DNA of 64,000 nucleotides from the human T2T-CHM13v2.0 reference genome, Homo sapiens (GCF_009914755.1 NC_060938.1), one strand, 5' to 3'. Numbered from the stretch's first letter, positions 45,501 to 60,080 are shown. A program made the numbers and translations. Notes: generated by a model not told the origin, from the sequence alone.

Positions 45501-47750
45501 TTGATCAATTCTGCTATTAAGAGACTCATATATTCTTTAGTATGTCAGTTGCATTTTTGAACTCCAGAATTTCTGCTTGATCTTTTTAATTATTTTATTC
45601 ACTTTTTAAAATTTATCTAATAGGATTCTGAATTCCCTCTCTGTGTTATCTTGAATTTCTTTGAGTTTTCTCAAAACACCTATTGTGATTTCTTGTTCTG
45701 AAAGGTCATATATAGCTGCTTCTCTGGGACTGGTCTTTGATGCCTTATTTATTTCATTTGGTAAGGTTATGTTTTCCTGGAGCAACCTGATGCTCATGGC
45801 TGTTCACTGGTATCTGAGCATTGAAGAGTTAGGTATTTATTGTAGTCTTCACAATCTGGGCTGGATGTACTTGCTCTTCTTGGGAAGGCTTTTCAGGTAT
45901 TTGAAGGGATGTGGGCGTTCTGATCTAAGCCATATCTGCATTAGGGGGCACACTAAGTTCAGTACCACTGTGGTTCTTGCATATTCATAGATGTACTGCC
46001 TTGGTGGTGTTGGATAATATCCAGAAGAATTCCTTGATTACCAGACAGAGACTTTTGTTCTCTTCCCTTACCTTCTCCCAAATAAATGGAGTATATATCT
46101 CTGTGTGTGCTGAGCTGCCTGGGGCTGGGTGTGGGGTGACTTAAGTAAACCTGTGACCACCACTATGTGGACTGTGCTGAGTCAGACCTGATGTCAGCAC
46201 AGCACTGGGTCTCACCCAAGGCCCACTGTAACTACTACTTGGCTATTGCTTATGTTTGCTCAAGGCCATAGGGCTCTACAATTAACAGGTGGTGAATTCA
46301 ATCACGCTTGTGTCTTTCCCTTCAGGTTGGCAAGTTCTCTCAGGCCCCAGGTGGATCCAGGTATGCTGTCCAAGAACCAGGGACTGGAGTCACAAACCTT
46401 AAAACTCTACCAGACGCTCTCTCTATTCTACTGCTGCTAACCTGGCCATCACACCATGAGAAAAATATCCTTCCCACTCTTCTCTCCCTTTTCCACAGGC
46501 AGAGGAGCCTCTCCTGTGGCTAGCCCCATCACAGGCCTACATAGAGTACTTCCAGGTGACCTCTTGTGTTCACTTAAGGTCCAAGGGCGCTTCCGTAGTT
46601 TGTGGTTAATGCTGCCAGGCCTGAGACTCACTTTTTGGGTAGCAAGCTCCCTTTTGGCCTAGTGGGTCCAGAATTGCCATCCAAGAACCAGTGCTTGGAA
46701 TTGGGGACCCTAAGAGCCCACTTGGTGCTCTACCCAACTGTGGTTGAGCTAGTATCCGAAGCCATCACAATCTAGAGTCTCATATAAGGCCCATGATGAA
46801 TGCTACCTGGGTATTGCTGCTGGTTATTCAGGGCCCAGGTGCTCTTTAGTGAGTGGCAAATGAAATCTTCCAATATTTTGTTCTTCCTTTATAGGAAGTG
46901 GGTTCTTTTCTGGCCCAGGTGTGTCTAGAAAAGTTGTCCAGAAGCTAGGGCCTAGAATGAGACCCTCACAACTCTGTCCAGTGCCCTATCCTGCTGTGGC
47001 TGAGCTGGTATCCAAGATGCAAGACAAATCCTCTTTATTCTTCCCTCTCCTTTCCTCAAATGGAAGGAAGGGGTCACTTTTAGGGCTACAAGCTGTGCTT
47101 CCTGGGGTTGGGGAATGGGTGGCACAAGCACTCCCTTATTCACCCCAGCTCATGTTTCACTAAGTCACATGTCCCTTATGTACACTGGACTTGAGGCCAA
47201 CACAGCACTCTGATTTGCCTAAGAATTGTAGTCATTGTGGCCTAGACTGCCCTTCAAGTTTATTTAGGAACCCAGAGGCCTTTAACCCCCACTGATCCGG
47301 CTTGCCAGAACTCAAGATCTGATCACTGGGATGAGCAATTTCCATCTGGCTAGGGCTGGTCTAATTGCTCCCTCTATGGTCTTGCATCAGCTGAGTTCTG
47401 CCCAGTTTTTCTTTACACTATGACAGGTCAGCATTGAGTTCAATGCAAAGTTCAACAATTGCTGTGCTGTCCCTCACCCAAACACACAAATTCTCTATCT
47501 GCACCACCTGCTGCTACTAGGTGATGGGGGAAAGGGTGGTGTTGGCAATTCAAGACTGTCTTCCTACCTTTTCAATGCCTCGTTTTAGGAAATATAAAGT
47601 TAGAAACAGATACTAAGGGCTCACCTGAGCTTGGGTTCTTATAAAGGTGTTTTTTTGTGTGTGTGTGTAGATAGTTGTTAAAATGGGTGTTTCTGCAGAT
47701 GGAATGGTCAGTGGAGGCTTATGTTCAACCATCTTGCTCCTCTGCTCCAG
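33506..47750 (-). mobile_element. Apparently full-length L1MA (MA2-4-like), split by L1PB; own parts are 33506-36465 and 43303-47750
   Basis: 3' end 'ttttgtgggtacatagtaggtacatatattt...'; ORF2 remnants ([23 protein letters not shown]); ORF1 remnant ~45000-45800; 5' end GGAGCAAGATGG at ~47730-47740. Confidence 0.85.
36466..43226 (-). mobile_element. Near full-length L1PB (PB1/2-like, L1PBa 5' end), degenerate
   Basis: 3' end 'caataggtttttggggaacaagtggtgtttggttacatg'; ORF2 and ORF1 remnants (ENFPGLARDLDIQIQEAQRTP); TSD TTTCTGCTCTGAT at 36453-36465 and 43303-43315. Confidence 0.88.
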
Positions 47751-49105
47751 CCCCATTGTTTTAATGCACATGTATTTGTTTATTTCTGATAGTAAACATG
47801 TAAATCTTTATAATTATTATTAATAAAATTGAGTTTTAAAACTTTTTTAGTGAGATTAAACATTTCAAATATGTTGTATATGTTTGCTTGTTTAAGCACC
47901 TTACACTATAAGTCATTGTAATAAGGCATACATTTACAAGCAAATGTATTTCTGCTCCATAGAAATTAATGAAAACTACAGGGAACTTGAATATAGAAAT
48001 TGGAAATGATTTTATAAAATATATTTTTAAGGAGGCTCCATTCTGGAATGTTTGTTTTCCTATGAGGATTCTCTTATGAGCAGCTATTTGTTTACAGCAT
48101 AAACTGTTTTAAAATTATTTTAGGTCATGTTCGATTATATGAAAACAAGTATCCTAATATACATGTTTATAAATATAAAGTGAATTAGTATTTGAAGTTG
48201 TTTTATTAATTTTTTAAAGAATTCCTTTCTTTTGTACGATGTGCATGACTTGTTATTTCTGGATTCTTTCTTTTAGTTTCCTTACATTAGATTTTCATTT
48301 AAAATATCATTTTAATTCTCAAAATTTCTATTTAGTCTCCACTATATATCTTAATTGCATGAGAATGCATATCCCTAGAGAATTGGATAGTGTACTTTAT
48401 TTCTAAGGTCAGTGATCTGATTATCTTCTCATTCTCTCCATTTTAGCCACGCTATTTTCTTTCCATTTTGGTCAAAATAAGGCAGTGCAATTTCACTTTC
48501 AAATTAATTAATTCTCTCATCTCTAACAATTATAGGTATTGCTTTTTTCCTGCAGTTTCTATTTATCACTTTTCTTTTTTCACCACAGCATCCAGTAAAA
48601 TTAAATATATAAACAACCTTAAATTTATAAGTATGTATTTATTTTAAGGTGGAAACTAATATCAGCTGTTCTCAAGTTTTATCAGTAGTGGTTCTACAAG
48701 TTAATTTCTTAATAAAAATCAAACATTTATGGGGGTATCCATGAGTGAAAGAACCTTGTGGATGTGAAGAATCGACAAAAAGCAACGATTTGTTCCTATA
48801 ATGTTCACATATATAAATAGAAATTTAGAACATATCAATAATAAGAATGAAGAAGAGGGACACTTTTATGCAGCTTTCCCATTTAATATTTCTACATTTA
48901 TTTATACTGTGGGTTTGTGACACTAGAAAGTATTGTTTGTGGAGAAGAAAACACAAAAAGAGAGAGCATCATAATGAAGATAACCAGGTGTTTTGCAGAC
49001 AATCTTAAACTCATACCAACAGCAGATATTTAGCTCAGTATGCCTAGGAAGAAAATATTTCACTTTCTCCTTCACCTTGCCCTACTGCCCATGAGTCTCG
49101 TTCCA

Positions 49106-49402
49106 GTTTTCTTTTTTTCTGAAACAGGGTCTCACTCTGTTGCAGGTTAGAGTGCAGTGGCTCGATCTTGACTTACTGCAGTCCTGACCTCCTGAGCTCA
49201 AGCAATCCTCCTGCGTCAGCCTCCTGTGTAGCTGGAACTACAGGTGTGTGCTGCCACACCTGGCCATGTTTTACATTTTTTTGTAGAGACAGGGATCTCA
49301 CTTTGTTGCCTAGGCTGGTCTCAAACTACCTGGCTCAAGTGATCCTCCAGTCTTCACCTCCCAAATTTCAGGGATTACAGGTATGAACCACTGTACCTGG
49401 CT
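49106..49402 (-). mobile_element. AluJ element
   Basis: Diverged dimer with J-type 'gagctcaagcaatcctcc'; flanks TC(C/T)AGTTT. Confidence 0.88.
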
Positions 49403-50469
49403 AGGTCTAGTTTTTTAAAGGAAAAAAAAAGTTGCCTAGGAAAATAATGTAGAGTATTTCAGGTACTGGGAAACTGACATCAGAATCAAAGAGAGAATGT
49501 GCTTATTATTTTCCAACTCTGGAAAATTAGTCTGTGGTGGGAAATTCAATGGGAGATGATTAGAAACGAAGCTGTGAGAATAGCTGACTGTCCCAATTAA
49601 CAACGTAAAACTGCAAGAGAAACTACATAAGTCTTCACAGGAACAAGTGCTTAAAAACCTAAGTTTATATCAAAGACTAATGAATAACCTGGCTGGGCTG
49701 AAACTGTCTCTTTAAAAGTGAGAAGAAATGCAGATACAAGTAAGACTGGGATCAAAGCCTGAGTGACCATAGAGAGATGATAAATAGTTTTCCAATCATC
49801 CCATCATAAATACTGCTTTTCAATGAGACTAATATTAGGGGAATAGATGATTTATGGGTATTCCAAAGAAATTGTGACTATACAAAGCGTCTTAGAAAAA
49901 TAAAAATACAGAGGAGTAAGAGTCTGAAAAGAAGTAAATAGATTTATTCACACTGATAGTTCTGATGAGGTTTCTGAAATGGATTTTCTCACAGTTCTAA
50001 TTATAAAACTAGCAATATTCTTAAAATCCTCACATACAAGTACAACTTTTAAATTTACCTGTTTAAGGAAATTCAGTACTTTCAGTGTAGATATGAAACA
50101 CAGTAGCATTGGCTTGTTTATTTCCAAAATCCATGTTATTAGTCTACAGACTATAGCAAACATATTTTAGGGGAAGTATGCATTTAACACTTATTCAATA
50201 ACCAAAATGCTCATTACATTGAACAGCACATAATTAAAAATAGCAAGATGCTTCAATAGCCTTAAAAATGAACAGAATAAGTTGAGTATAATGACAATAA
50301 GGAGGCAAAGTATCAAAACAAACAAACAAAAACTAGATGCATTAAAACATACTTCCAAAATTATTTTTATATTCCGGGTCATTATGATATTTATTTATCA
50401 TTAACAAGGGGGCCTTTTAAAAGGAAAAGTTTGGAACACTCCATGCACAGACAAGCTGAGATGGAAGGT

Positions 50470-50625
50470 AGGGTGGTAGAGTAGAAAGGCTTAACCAAAC
50501 TTGACTTTCACTATGACTTTGACAATGTCATTTAATCTGATATTTGTTTCTTCATCTTTAATAGCTTCTTGGGATTGTTGTGAGGATTAAATGTGTATTT
50601 TAATGTTTTGATAATATTAAATGCA
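50470..50625 (+). mobile_element. Degraded MIR
   Basis: 'tatgactttgacaatgtcatttaatct...gattgttgtgaggattaaatg'. Confidence 0.5.
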
Positions 50626-51149
50626 CACGAAGTCCTTCCTTCGTTTGAAATAAAGACACAAATATTGTATGCAAAAGCAAGTCAATGATCACTTTCATTT
50701 GTGTTTCAGAGGGCAAAGCTATGTTATTTTTTCATTTAAAATATATATTGTGGTCACTACAACATTTACTAAATGACTATATTTATATAAAGGATATGTA
50801 AAGATGAATCTGTATATTATATGTTTAATGTAAAACTATGTGTCTAGCATACAGAAACAGAAATTTCATGTCAGAAATATTAAAAAAAATTAATTCTTGT
50901 GAACTTGTTAAAAAGCCCCCTAATATCATCTTTCTGTGATGAACCCAAAAGTCTCTTGCAAAGGTTAAGTTTTTAATAATAGCTGCTTTTATGAAGGAGA
51001 TTATGATATAACTAAGATTACTGATTTAATATAAAAGGACACAGAATAGCAGATGAGAGGGAAATGTGGCACAAGTCTGCAGTGGGTTTCCCATGGATAA
51101 CAGAATTCACTATTTTATAACGAGTCTGCTCTCCTTGATAACAGAGCCA

Positions 51150-51640
51150 CAACCATTCAGGGTGTTTAGAAATTTATTGGAGGCATTTCTTTGATTATTG
51201 CTAAAATATTAGGGGATGTTGCTGCATTAGTAGATGAAGACCAAGAATATTAGACATTTTATAAACCATGGAGCTGTCCTGCAAAACAAAAAAAATTCTC
51301 CAATGCTGCACAAATTTTGAATTTTCCTCATTGCCATTTAAAATCATCTGAGCCTAGAATCTAACTCCATTATACATATAACCAAAATATTTTTAGTGGT
51401 TGTAATATACATTGAATTTTCCTGGAATTCATCTATAAATCAAGGGAACGTTTTCTACTGTTTTGCTCAACTTTTACCAAAAGTTGTTGCCTATTTTGGA
51501 AAATGATATTACAATGTCAAAGTTGCGAATGATATTTGAGTTATCAATGTAACATACCTGTGTATGTTTGCATTTATAATATATTTATGAAAATTTTAAA
51601 TATAAATTTAAAAATATTTTAAAATGTCAAATACAAAGAA
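51150..51640. mobile_element. hAT-Charlie DNA transposon remnant (MER113/MER20-like)
   Basis: 'gttgctgcattagtagatgaagaccaagaatattagacat' and 'tctgagcctagaatctaactccat'. Confidence 0.45.
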
Positions 51641-51732
51641 AAGGTATCAATTATATTTAGCTGGTTATTTAACATAGTTTTATAGCTTATCTAATAATTG
51701 AACCATTTATCATATGACTAGTCTGCCAACAC

Positions 51733-52010
51733 TTTTAATTTTGAGACAGGATCTCACTCTGTCTCCCCAGCTGGAATCCAGTGGCATGATCATGGCTCAG
51801 TGCAGCCTCCACTTCCTGGACTCAAGCCATCTGCCACCTCAGCCTCCTGAGTAGCTGCACTACAGTTGCACACCACCACACTCAGATTTTTTTTTCATTT
51901 TTTGTGGAGAGGAGGTTTCACCACGCTGATCTTGAACTTCTGGCCTCAACCGATCCTCCCACCTCAGCCTCCCACAGTGCTAAGATTATAAGCATGAGCC
52001 ACCACAGAGC
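51733..52010 (-). mobile_element. AluJ element, diverged
   Basis: 'gagacaggatctcactctgt...gatcatggctcagtgcagcc'. Confidence 0.85.
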
Positions 52011-52780
52011 AACAGATTTTTAAATGCAACAATAAAACTACAAGATTGAATGTAAATTTTTCTAAGGAGCACACTGATTAAATTAGCAAGGATATAGTAT
52101 CATGTTTCTGAAATTTATGAGAAAAGTTTGAAAACTGTATTACTGTCACCAAACTGTTTTAAATACGTCCTAATTGGAGAAATAAAGGTCTCATTATTTC
52201 TTACAGGATAGCACAATGCATTATAAGATACATAAGGCCAAAATATTAAAGAATATTAATATTTCCAGCTGTATGAAACATTGTTATTTTATGTTAGAAA
52301 GAAATCCAAATAAAAAAATTTGTATTTCACTAAGCAATGATATTGTATTAAGAAGGCTTGAGGAAATTGTGAAAAATGTCAAAGATCATTGACACTTCTA
52401 TGAAAATGTGCAATGAACTGCAGCTAAGCACATTTTCATACAACAGATGAAAGTATCCTATATGAAAATGATTCAATGCTGCTTATAAATAAGTTTCATA
52501 AAGATTAAATAACATGAAAAAATGTTACTTTCAAAAGTACTGAGAATAGATACAAAGAGATTGTCAATTTGCAAATCCCTTAAAAAATATCTCATAGAAA
52601 AACATATTCACTTTCAAAGACCACTACCTGGCTATCAGCAATGATGGGTCAACAAAGTGGATTTAGAGTCAACTTCAATAGCTCTAGGTACTTTAGTAAT
52701 TCACTGCATTATTAAGTGACAATATGAAAGCATTAAGGATGTTAAAGGGATGCTTCAAAATCAATGAATGTTGCATTCAG

Positions 52781-54674
52781 TGTATTTGTCCATTCTCAGG
52801 CCATTACAAAGAAACACCTGAGCCTGGGTAATTTACAAAGGAAAGAGGTTTAATTGACTCCCAGTTCTGCAGGGCTGGGAAGTCAGTCTTCAGGAAACTC
52901 ACAATCATGGTGGACGAGAAAGCAAACATGCCCTTCTTCACATGGTGGCAGCAAGAAGTATGCAGTAAAGGGAGGGAAAAGCCCCTTATAAAACCACCAG
53001 ATCTCATGATAACTCACTCACTGTCATGAGAACAGCCCCCATGTTTCAATTACCTCCCACTGGGTCCCTCCCATGATACATGGGGATTAATGGGAACTAT
53101 TATATGATTCAAGATAAGATTTGGGTGGGGACACAGCAAAACCATATTATTCTGCCCTAGCCTCCTCCCAAATCTCATGTCCTCACATTTCAAAACACAA
53201 TAATGCCGCTCCAACAGTCTCCCAAAGTCTTAACTCATTCCAGCACTAACTCAAAAGTCCAAGTCCAAAGTCTCACCCGAGACAAGCAAGTCCCTTCTGC
53301 CTATAAGCCTGTAAAGTCACAAGCAGGTTACTTACTTCCTAGATACAATGGGGTTACAGGCATTGGGTAAATACAGCCATTCCAAATAGGAGAAATTGGC
53401 CAAAACAAACGGGCTATAAGCCCCATGAAGTTCAAAATCCAATAGGGCAGTCATTAAACCTTAAGTTTCCAAAATGATCTCCTTTGACTCCATGTCTCAC
53501 ATCCAGGGCATGCTGATGCAAGATGTGGGTTTCTGCGGCCTTGGGAAGTTCTGCCCCTGTGGATTTGCAGGGCACAGGCCCCTCTGTCTGCTTGCACAGG
53601 CTGATATTGAATGTCTGCAGCTTTTCCAGTTGCATGGTGCAAGCTGTCAGTGGTTCTACCATTCTGGGGTCTGGAGGATGGTGGCCCTCTTCTCACAGCT
53701 CCACTAGGCAGTGCCCCAGTGGGGACTCTGTGTGGGGGCTCCAACCCCACATTTCCCTTCTGCACTGCCCTAGCAGAGGTTCTCCATGAGGGGTCCATCC
53801 TGCAGCAAACTTCTGCCTGGACACCAAGGTGTTTCCACACATCTTCTGAAATCTAGGTGGAGGTTCCCAAAGCTCAATTCTTAACTTCTGTGCACCTGCA
53901 GGCTCAATACCACCTGGAAGCTGCCAAGGCTTTGGACTTGCCCCCTCTGAAGCCATGGCCTGAACTGTATCTTGGTTCCTCTTAGCCATGGATGGAGCAG
54001 CTGAGATGCAGGGCACCAGGTCCCAAGGCTGCACACAGCAAAGGGTGTGGGGGGCTCTGGGACTGGCCCATTAAACCACTTTTTTCTCCTAGACCTCCAG
54101 GTCTGTGACGGGAGGGGCTGCCACGAAGGTCTCTGACATGCCCTGGAGACATTTTCCCATTATCTTGGTTGTAAACATTCAGCTTCATGTTGCTTATGCA
54201 AATTTCTGCAGTAGGCTTGTCTTTCTCCCCAGAAAATGGGTTTTTCTTTTCTATTGCATCATCGGGCTGCAAATTTTCCAAATTTTTATGCTCTGCTTCA
54301 TCTTGAATGTTTTGCCACGTATAAACTTTTTCTGCTAGATACCCTAAATCATCTCTCTCAAATTCAAAGTTCCACAGATCTCTAGGACAGGGGCAAAATG
54401 CTGCCAGTCTCTTTGATAAAGCATAGCAAAAATCACCTATGCTTTAGTTCCCAACAAGTTCCTCAACTCCATCTGAGACCACCTCAGCCTGGACTTCATT
54501 GTCCATATCACTATCAATATTTTGGCCAAAGTCATTCAACAAGTCTCTAGGAAGTTCCAAATTTCCCCACATCTTCCTACCTCCGCCCCCATGATCCAAT
54601 TACTTCCCACTGGGTCCCTTCCCAGAACACATGGGGATTATGGGAACTACAATTCAAGATAAAATTTGGGTGGG
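52781..54674 (-). mobile_element. THE1(D-like) MaLR provirus: 3' LTR 52781-53148, internal region to ~54580, partial 5' LTR ~54581-54674
   Basis: LTR ends TGTATT...CATAT(T/C)A, typical THE1-int sequence; CAGTG at both flanks (left copy overlaps the LTR TG). Confidence 0.9.
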
Positions 54675-55749
54675 GACACAGCCAAAGCATATCACAGTGT
54701 TACCAACAAAATAAAAAATAAACTATGCAATGGTAATTGCATTCATTTGAAATTGGAATTCAGATGAGTTTTTAATGTATATTTAATTTTTAATTATATA
54801 AAATTATTAAAAAATTTTTGATTCATTAAATGAAAAATTAAGCATCATAATTCAAATATCACAAAACGATATGATACATCTTTCAGATATCTTTATATAT
54901 TTGTATAGTTAAATGATATCCTTTATAAGCTGCTAGAAAATAAGATCAATCTTATAGTAACCAGAATTGTCATGAGATATTTAAGCAAACATATATTATT
55001 TAAAAGTAGCCTGAGCATCAAACATTTTTACAGCTTTTATTTTTGCAGAAGTTAGATAAATCCAAGTAGATTGCTTTTTTTGAATGGCTGCTAAAATGAG
55101 AACATGATTAGTTTTTTTAAATTTTAGTTTAATTTACAAAACTGGACTGAGTAATTAATTTATTTGAAATAGAGGAAGAACATTGTTAGCCAAAAATTTT
55201 CTGAAAAATTTAATTGAGCTGAAAATCAGTGTTTTCAGGGACCAAAGTACACTTTAATCAATCTAATTATGCAAGGTGTTTGATGTCTTATATACATTTC
55301 TTTGGAAAGAAGAAAGTTAAATTGCTCTGGAATTTCCAAGAACATGTTTGGTGAAAGGCTGTCAGGGTTACAATTTAATTCTGGCAAAAGCAAGATTACT
55401 GATGGGTCTGTGTAGCAGAGGAAACATGAGATTCCTTTTAACACACTTTAAGCAACTTCAATAGAACACATAAAATTCAGAATTCTCACTGAATTTAATG
55501 AATAAAGATTGTTTTAAAATCTTATATATATATGTATATGCACACACATATGTATGCAATTTAATTTTTTGTAACATGCATAAATCTAGGTTGCAGAAAT
55601 CCCATATTGAAATAATATGTCTCAGTTATAAAAATCACATATTTTGTTTCAACACATAATTGTTTCAACAAATTAGAGAGATAATTTATCATTAATCAAT
55701 TTTATCCTGCTATATGCTCAGAGGTCTAGCGCTCACTTTGACAAGAGCA

Positions 55750-56074
55750 ACACTGTGCTATGGAGATACAAATGTAAGTCACATTTATCATTTGAAATGT
55801 TTTAGTGGCCACATTACAAAAGGCGGAAAAAAACAGAAAAAAATAATTTTAATTATATACTATATTTAACACAGTGCATCTCCTAACTGTAATTCAAACC
55901 TATAATTAATCAGTGTAAACATTATTGAGATATTGTACATTTTCTTAGTTTTTAATATAAATCTAACTTTACTAAAATAAATAACATTAAAAATTCAATT
56001 TTCAGTAGCACTGACCACATTTTAAATGCTCCATAATCACACCAGGCTAGGGGTTATCATATTAGACAACACTG
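55750..56074. mobile_element. MER33/MER3-type hAT-Charlie MITE
   Basis: 'tttagtggccacattacaaaagg...gcactgaccacattttaaatgctc...catattagacaacactg'. Confidence 0.7.
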
Positions 56075-56417
56075 GGCTGTACTGTTATTTATTACTGTTA
56101 TTAGCTATCTTACTGACAACTATTAATTAGCTTAATACAGTTTTTATGTTAGTATCTGGACACATGTCTCTTTTTTTATTTTCCTGCACTAGTTATATTA
56201 AGCTCCTTCTCTTACGTTCAAACTTACCTTGAGAAGGTGCAGGAATGTAATGACTTCATAAGGTCTTTTATAATAGCTAATTATTTTGCAATAAATCTTG
56301 TTTCTTTTCTTTCGGTTATGAGCTATACTGATACTTTTGAATCAATATAATATAAGATTTTTGCATCAATAATGTGTGATTTTGAATTATTCTAATGACT
56401 TGTTTTAGATTATATTT

Positions 56418-56743
56418 TATTTTCTTTCTTTCTCTCTTTCTTTCTTTTTTTTTTTTTTTTTTGAGACAGAGTCTCACTCTGTCGCCCAGGCTGGAGTGCT
56501 GTGGCGCGATCTCGGCTCACTGCAAGCTCCACCTCCTGTGTTCACACCATTCTCCTGCCTCAGCCTCCTGAGTAGTTGGGACTACAGGCGCCTGCCACCA
56601 CCACCAGCTAATTTTTTGTATTTTTAGTAGAGATGGGGTTTCACTGTGTTAGCCAGGATGGTCTCGATCTCCTGACCTCGTGATCTGCCCGCCTTGGCCT
56701 CCCAAAGTGCTGGGATTACAAGAGTGAGCCACCGTGCCTGGCC
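56418..56743 (-). mobile_element. AluY element
   Basis: Y diagnostics 'tgcaagctcc', 'ttcacaccattc', 'gttagccaggatggtctcgatctcc'; TSD TTAGATTATATTT. Confidence 0.9.
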
Positions 56744-56780
56744 CTTAGATTATATTTCCTATAAATGTGATTTTAAGCTG

Positions 56781-57128
56781 TGCAATAGACTGTGTTCCCC
56801 CCAAAATTTGCATGATAAAACCTCATCCCAATGTGATGGCTTTTGAGAGGTAATTAGGTCATAAGAGTGGGGCCCTTAGGAATGGAACTGGTGCCCTCAT
56901 AAGAAGAGACCAGAAAGCTGGCTAGGTCTCTTCCCACCCTCTTCCCACCGTCGAAAGATGTAATAGGTACACAGTTTGCAAGCCAGAAGAGGTCGCTCAC
57001 CAGAACCTAACTATGCTGGCTCCCTGGTCTTAGACTTCCAGCCTCCGGAACTGTGAGAAATGAATTTCTGTTGTGTATAACGCATCCAGTCTATGGTATT
57101 TTGTTACAGCAGCCTGAACTGATAAGGA
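56781..57128 (+). mobile_element. MLT1A-like MaLR solo LTR
   Basis: 'ccccccaaaattt...gacttccagcctccggaactgtgagaaatgaatttctgttg...ttgttacagcagcctgaac'. Confidence 0.8.
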
Positions 57129-57479
57129 TGTACAGTGTAGGAAATTTTAGAAAATATTAGAGAATGTAAGACCACTGATCTACATGAACACAGTAATAGT
57201 TTTCTACTTTCTGCAGCAGGAAGAACAAGCCGTGTTCTCTGATTGATTTCTAGACTTGTTAAACTGCTACACCAGCTTAACTCTGAGCACAGCAAAACTT
57301 TAGTGGCTATCATACTGACATTCTTTTTACAATGATTCCATCTCTCCCAACTTTTGTCATAATTCCTGTCCATCTCATATTTTCACTAAGCACATTAGAC
57401 TGTGTCTTCAAATTAAGTGTTCTAAAATTTGAAGTGAGAACAGAAAAAGCATAAGAAAATGGATCAATAATATTGACAA

Positions 57480-57700
57480 TAAAAAAATGACATATACTCA
57501 GTACTTACCATGTTTTAATTACTGTCTTAAGGGCTTAATGGTTTAATATATATTAGTTGACATATCTCCAAACACTCTTTGAAGACTGTATGGTTGTTTC
57601 TAAAGCTGATATTTGCTCAGTTCAGATCAGTACTAAGTAACTCAGTTGAGAATTTCACCTAGATCTGTAGTTCTGCAAACTTTTGATCCTAAGAATTATG
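57480..57700 (-). mobile_element. Degraded MIR
   Basis: 'tactcagtacttaccatgt...actgtcttaagggctt'. Confidence 0.4.
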
Positions 57701-58562
57701 ATATATTTCTTTACAAGGAAATACAAACTGTGAAATATAAATGTGATTTTAACAGAGGGATTGATGCCTCACACTAACACACCTGCCTAGAATGTAAGGG
57801 AAGATTATTACAATTGCATATTGTGTAGTTTTGACTTTAGTCCTTTTGTTTAAATCTAATAAACTGTTGCTAGCAGTCTTCAAATGAACAACACAGATCC
57901 ATTTATGTAACAGTGCCCCATGACCAAAAGATTATGTGGTGTCTTACTATCTATCCTGTTCTACAATATTAGGTTTGTGCTAGTCATACAGCTGTTGCTA
58001 AATAGAGACTCCCCAGAACTGTCTGAGTTAATATTCACTCCAATCATTCTGCTGCCCTGTGGAGTATTAGAGCGTGACAGGGCTGTAGTCACATTTCAAA
58101 GGCAAAGGACTTCACTGTTCTTAGATCACACACACCTAATATGCTAGTCCTACATAACTTGCTCTTTTTTTTCTTTGCTATTAGTCTGCTCTTGCTATTT
58201 GCAGTCATTTGCCCTTCAGGTTTTACATCTTTCTCATAACTTTCAAAATTTAATTAATTTTATGTATTTTTTAACTTTAATCACTTATGTTATCTTGCAA
58301 TAAAGAGGAGTAGGGACTTCAGCAGTATTTATTTCCTTAAAATATGTTTTCTGTACATTAGGGGGCACTCATGTTTTTGAGGGAACTAATTTCAATAGCC
58401 TGATTTTTTGGTCTTCATTTTAAAGGTGAAGCATTATATTCTTTGAAGTGTTTTTCTAGGAAATATTTAAAGGAAACTTAACTGATTACCTTGGAAATTT
58501 TACCCATTATCACTTTGACACATGTAGAGTATTGGATTTTAGGTAAGTGGCTAAAATAGCTG

Positions 58563-58871
<309 letters not shown>

Positions 58872-59563
58872 AAACAGCTGGTTTAAAATGGTGAGGGAAC
58901 ATAATATTATCAATTCCTAAATGTTTACATATTTGTATTATATTGATTTAACTTATTACAAGCACAGCTTACTTAAATAGTTACTAAGTAAATTTTGTTT
59001 ATAAATATTTTCAACAAGAAACTTTGGTCTTCTTATCTGTAAAAGAGGAATAATTATTAAAAAAGAATTTCTCAACATTATACTAGGGACCAAATGAGAT
59101 AATATCTGAAATTTAATTTATACATGGAATTTACCCATATTTGTACTTCATACATATTTTTCATAATTGATGTAATTAATGAGTTCTACTTAGACTATTT
59201 TTGATAAAATTCATTCTAGCAAACATTGAATTTCCTCCCTAGAGCTACTTCTATTAGTTTAGATTTTTCTCCATCTATGAATATGCTTTCAACTAGCCTT
59301 AAACTAACAACAAAAAGAAATATTCTGCAAAAAGAAGAAAGATTTTTGCAAGGTTAAAAAAATGTATTGTTAGATGTGTGCTAAAATCTTAATATATATT
59401 TTATTTCAATTATAAAAGTTATCATTTTCTAATTATTTCTTCTATAATAGTTTTAACATCTTTCAACCACATCTTATCTAGAATATGTTAGTTTGGGTAA
59501 GCTAGATGAATCATAACAATTTATTACACACAGGAATACAAGTATATAATTAAAATATTAATG

Positions 59564-60080
59564 TGTATCAGTCAGCTATTGCTACAGTAATGCTATGTAA
59601 CAAGTCATCCTAAAAATCAGTGGTTTAAAATAGTAGCAATTAATTTTCATACTCATGGGTCATGGGGTGACCACATTGTGGCTGGCCAAGGACGTACTCT
59701 AACATCTAGGCTCCAGGCTTCCAGCTGTAGACTACAGATTGGATTCAGGTATGCTGCTTATGATGCTCAATCTTCTGGGTCTAGCAATCACCCAGTGCAT
59801 GTGCCCATCTCCATGCATCTTATTCTGTGATCCACATAGAAGATCAGTGGGGTCATTTTCTTCTCATGGTGAATCACCAGTGTTGAAGAAGGCAAACTGA
59901 ACTCCACAAATACATTTTGAGACTCTGCTTAAGTAACTTACACTAACTTCTCATTAGCCAGAGAAATTCCATGCTCAAGTTCAGTGTCAAGATGAGGGCA
60001 AGTACACCTTGCCAATAATGAAGCTATGGCTATAGTTGTATAATTATATCAGAGACAAGTGAAGAGTTGGAAAGTCTATC
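59564..60080 (-). mobile_element. Old MaLR LTR (MLT1J/K-like)
   Basis: 'tgtatcagtcagctattgctacagtaatgctatgtaacaagtcatcctaaaaatcagtggtttaaaa'. Confidence 0.65.

Noticed and set aside
53432-54338. Cluster of overlapping ORFs
   Set aside because: Fragments of the decayed THE1 internal ORF and its antisense.
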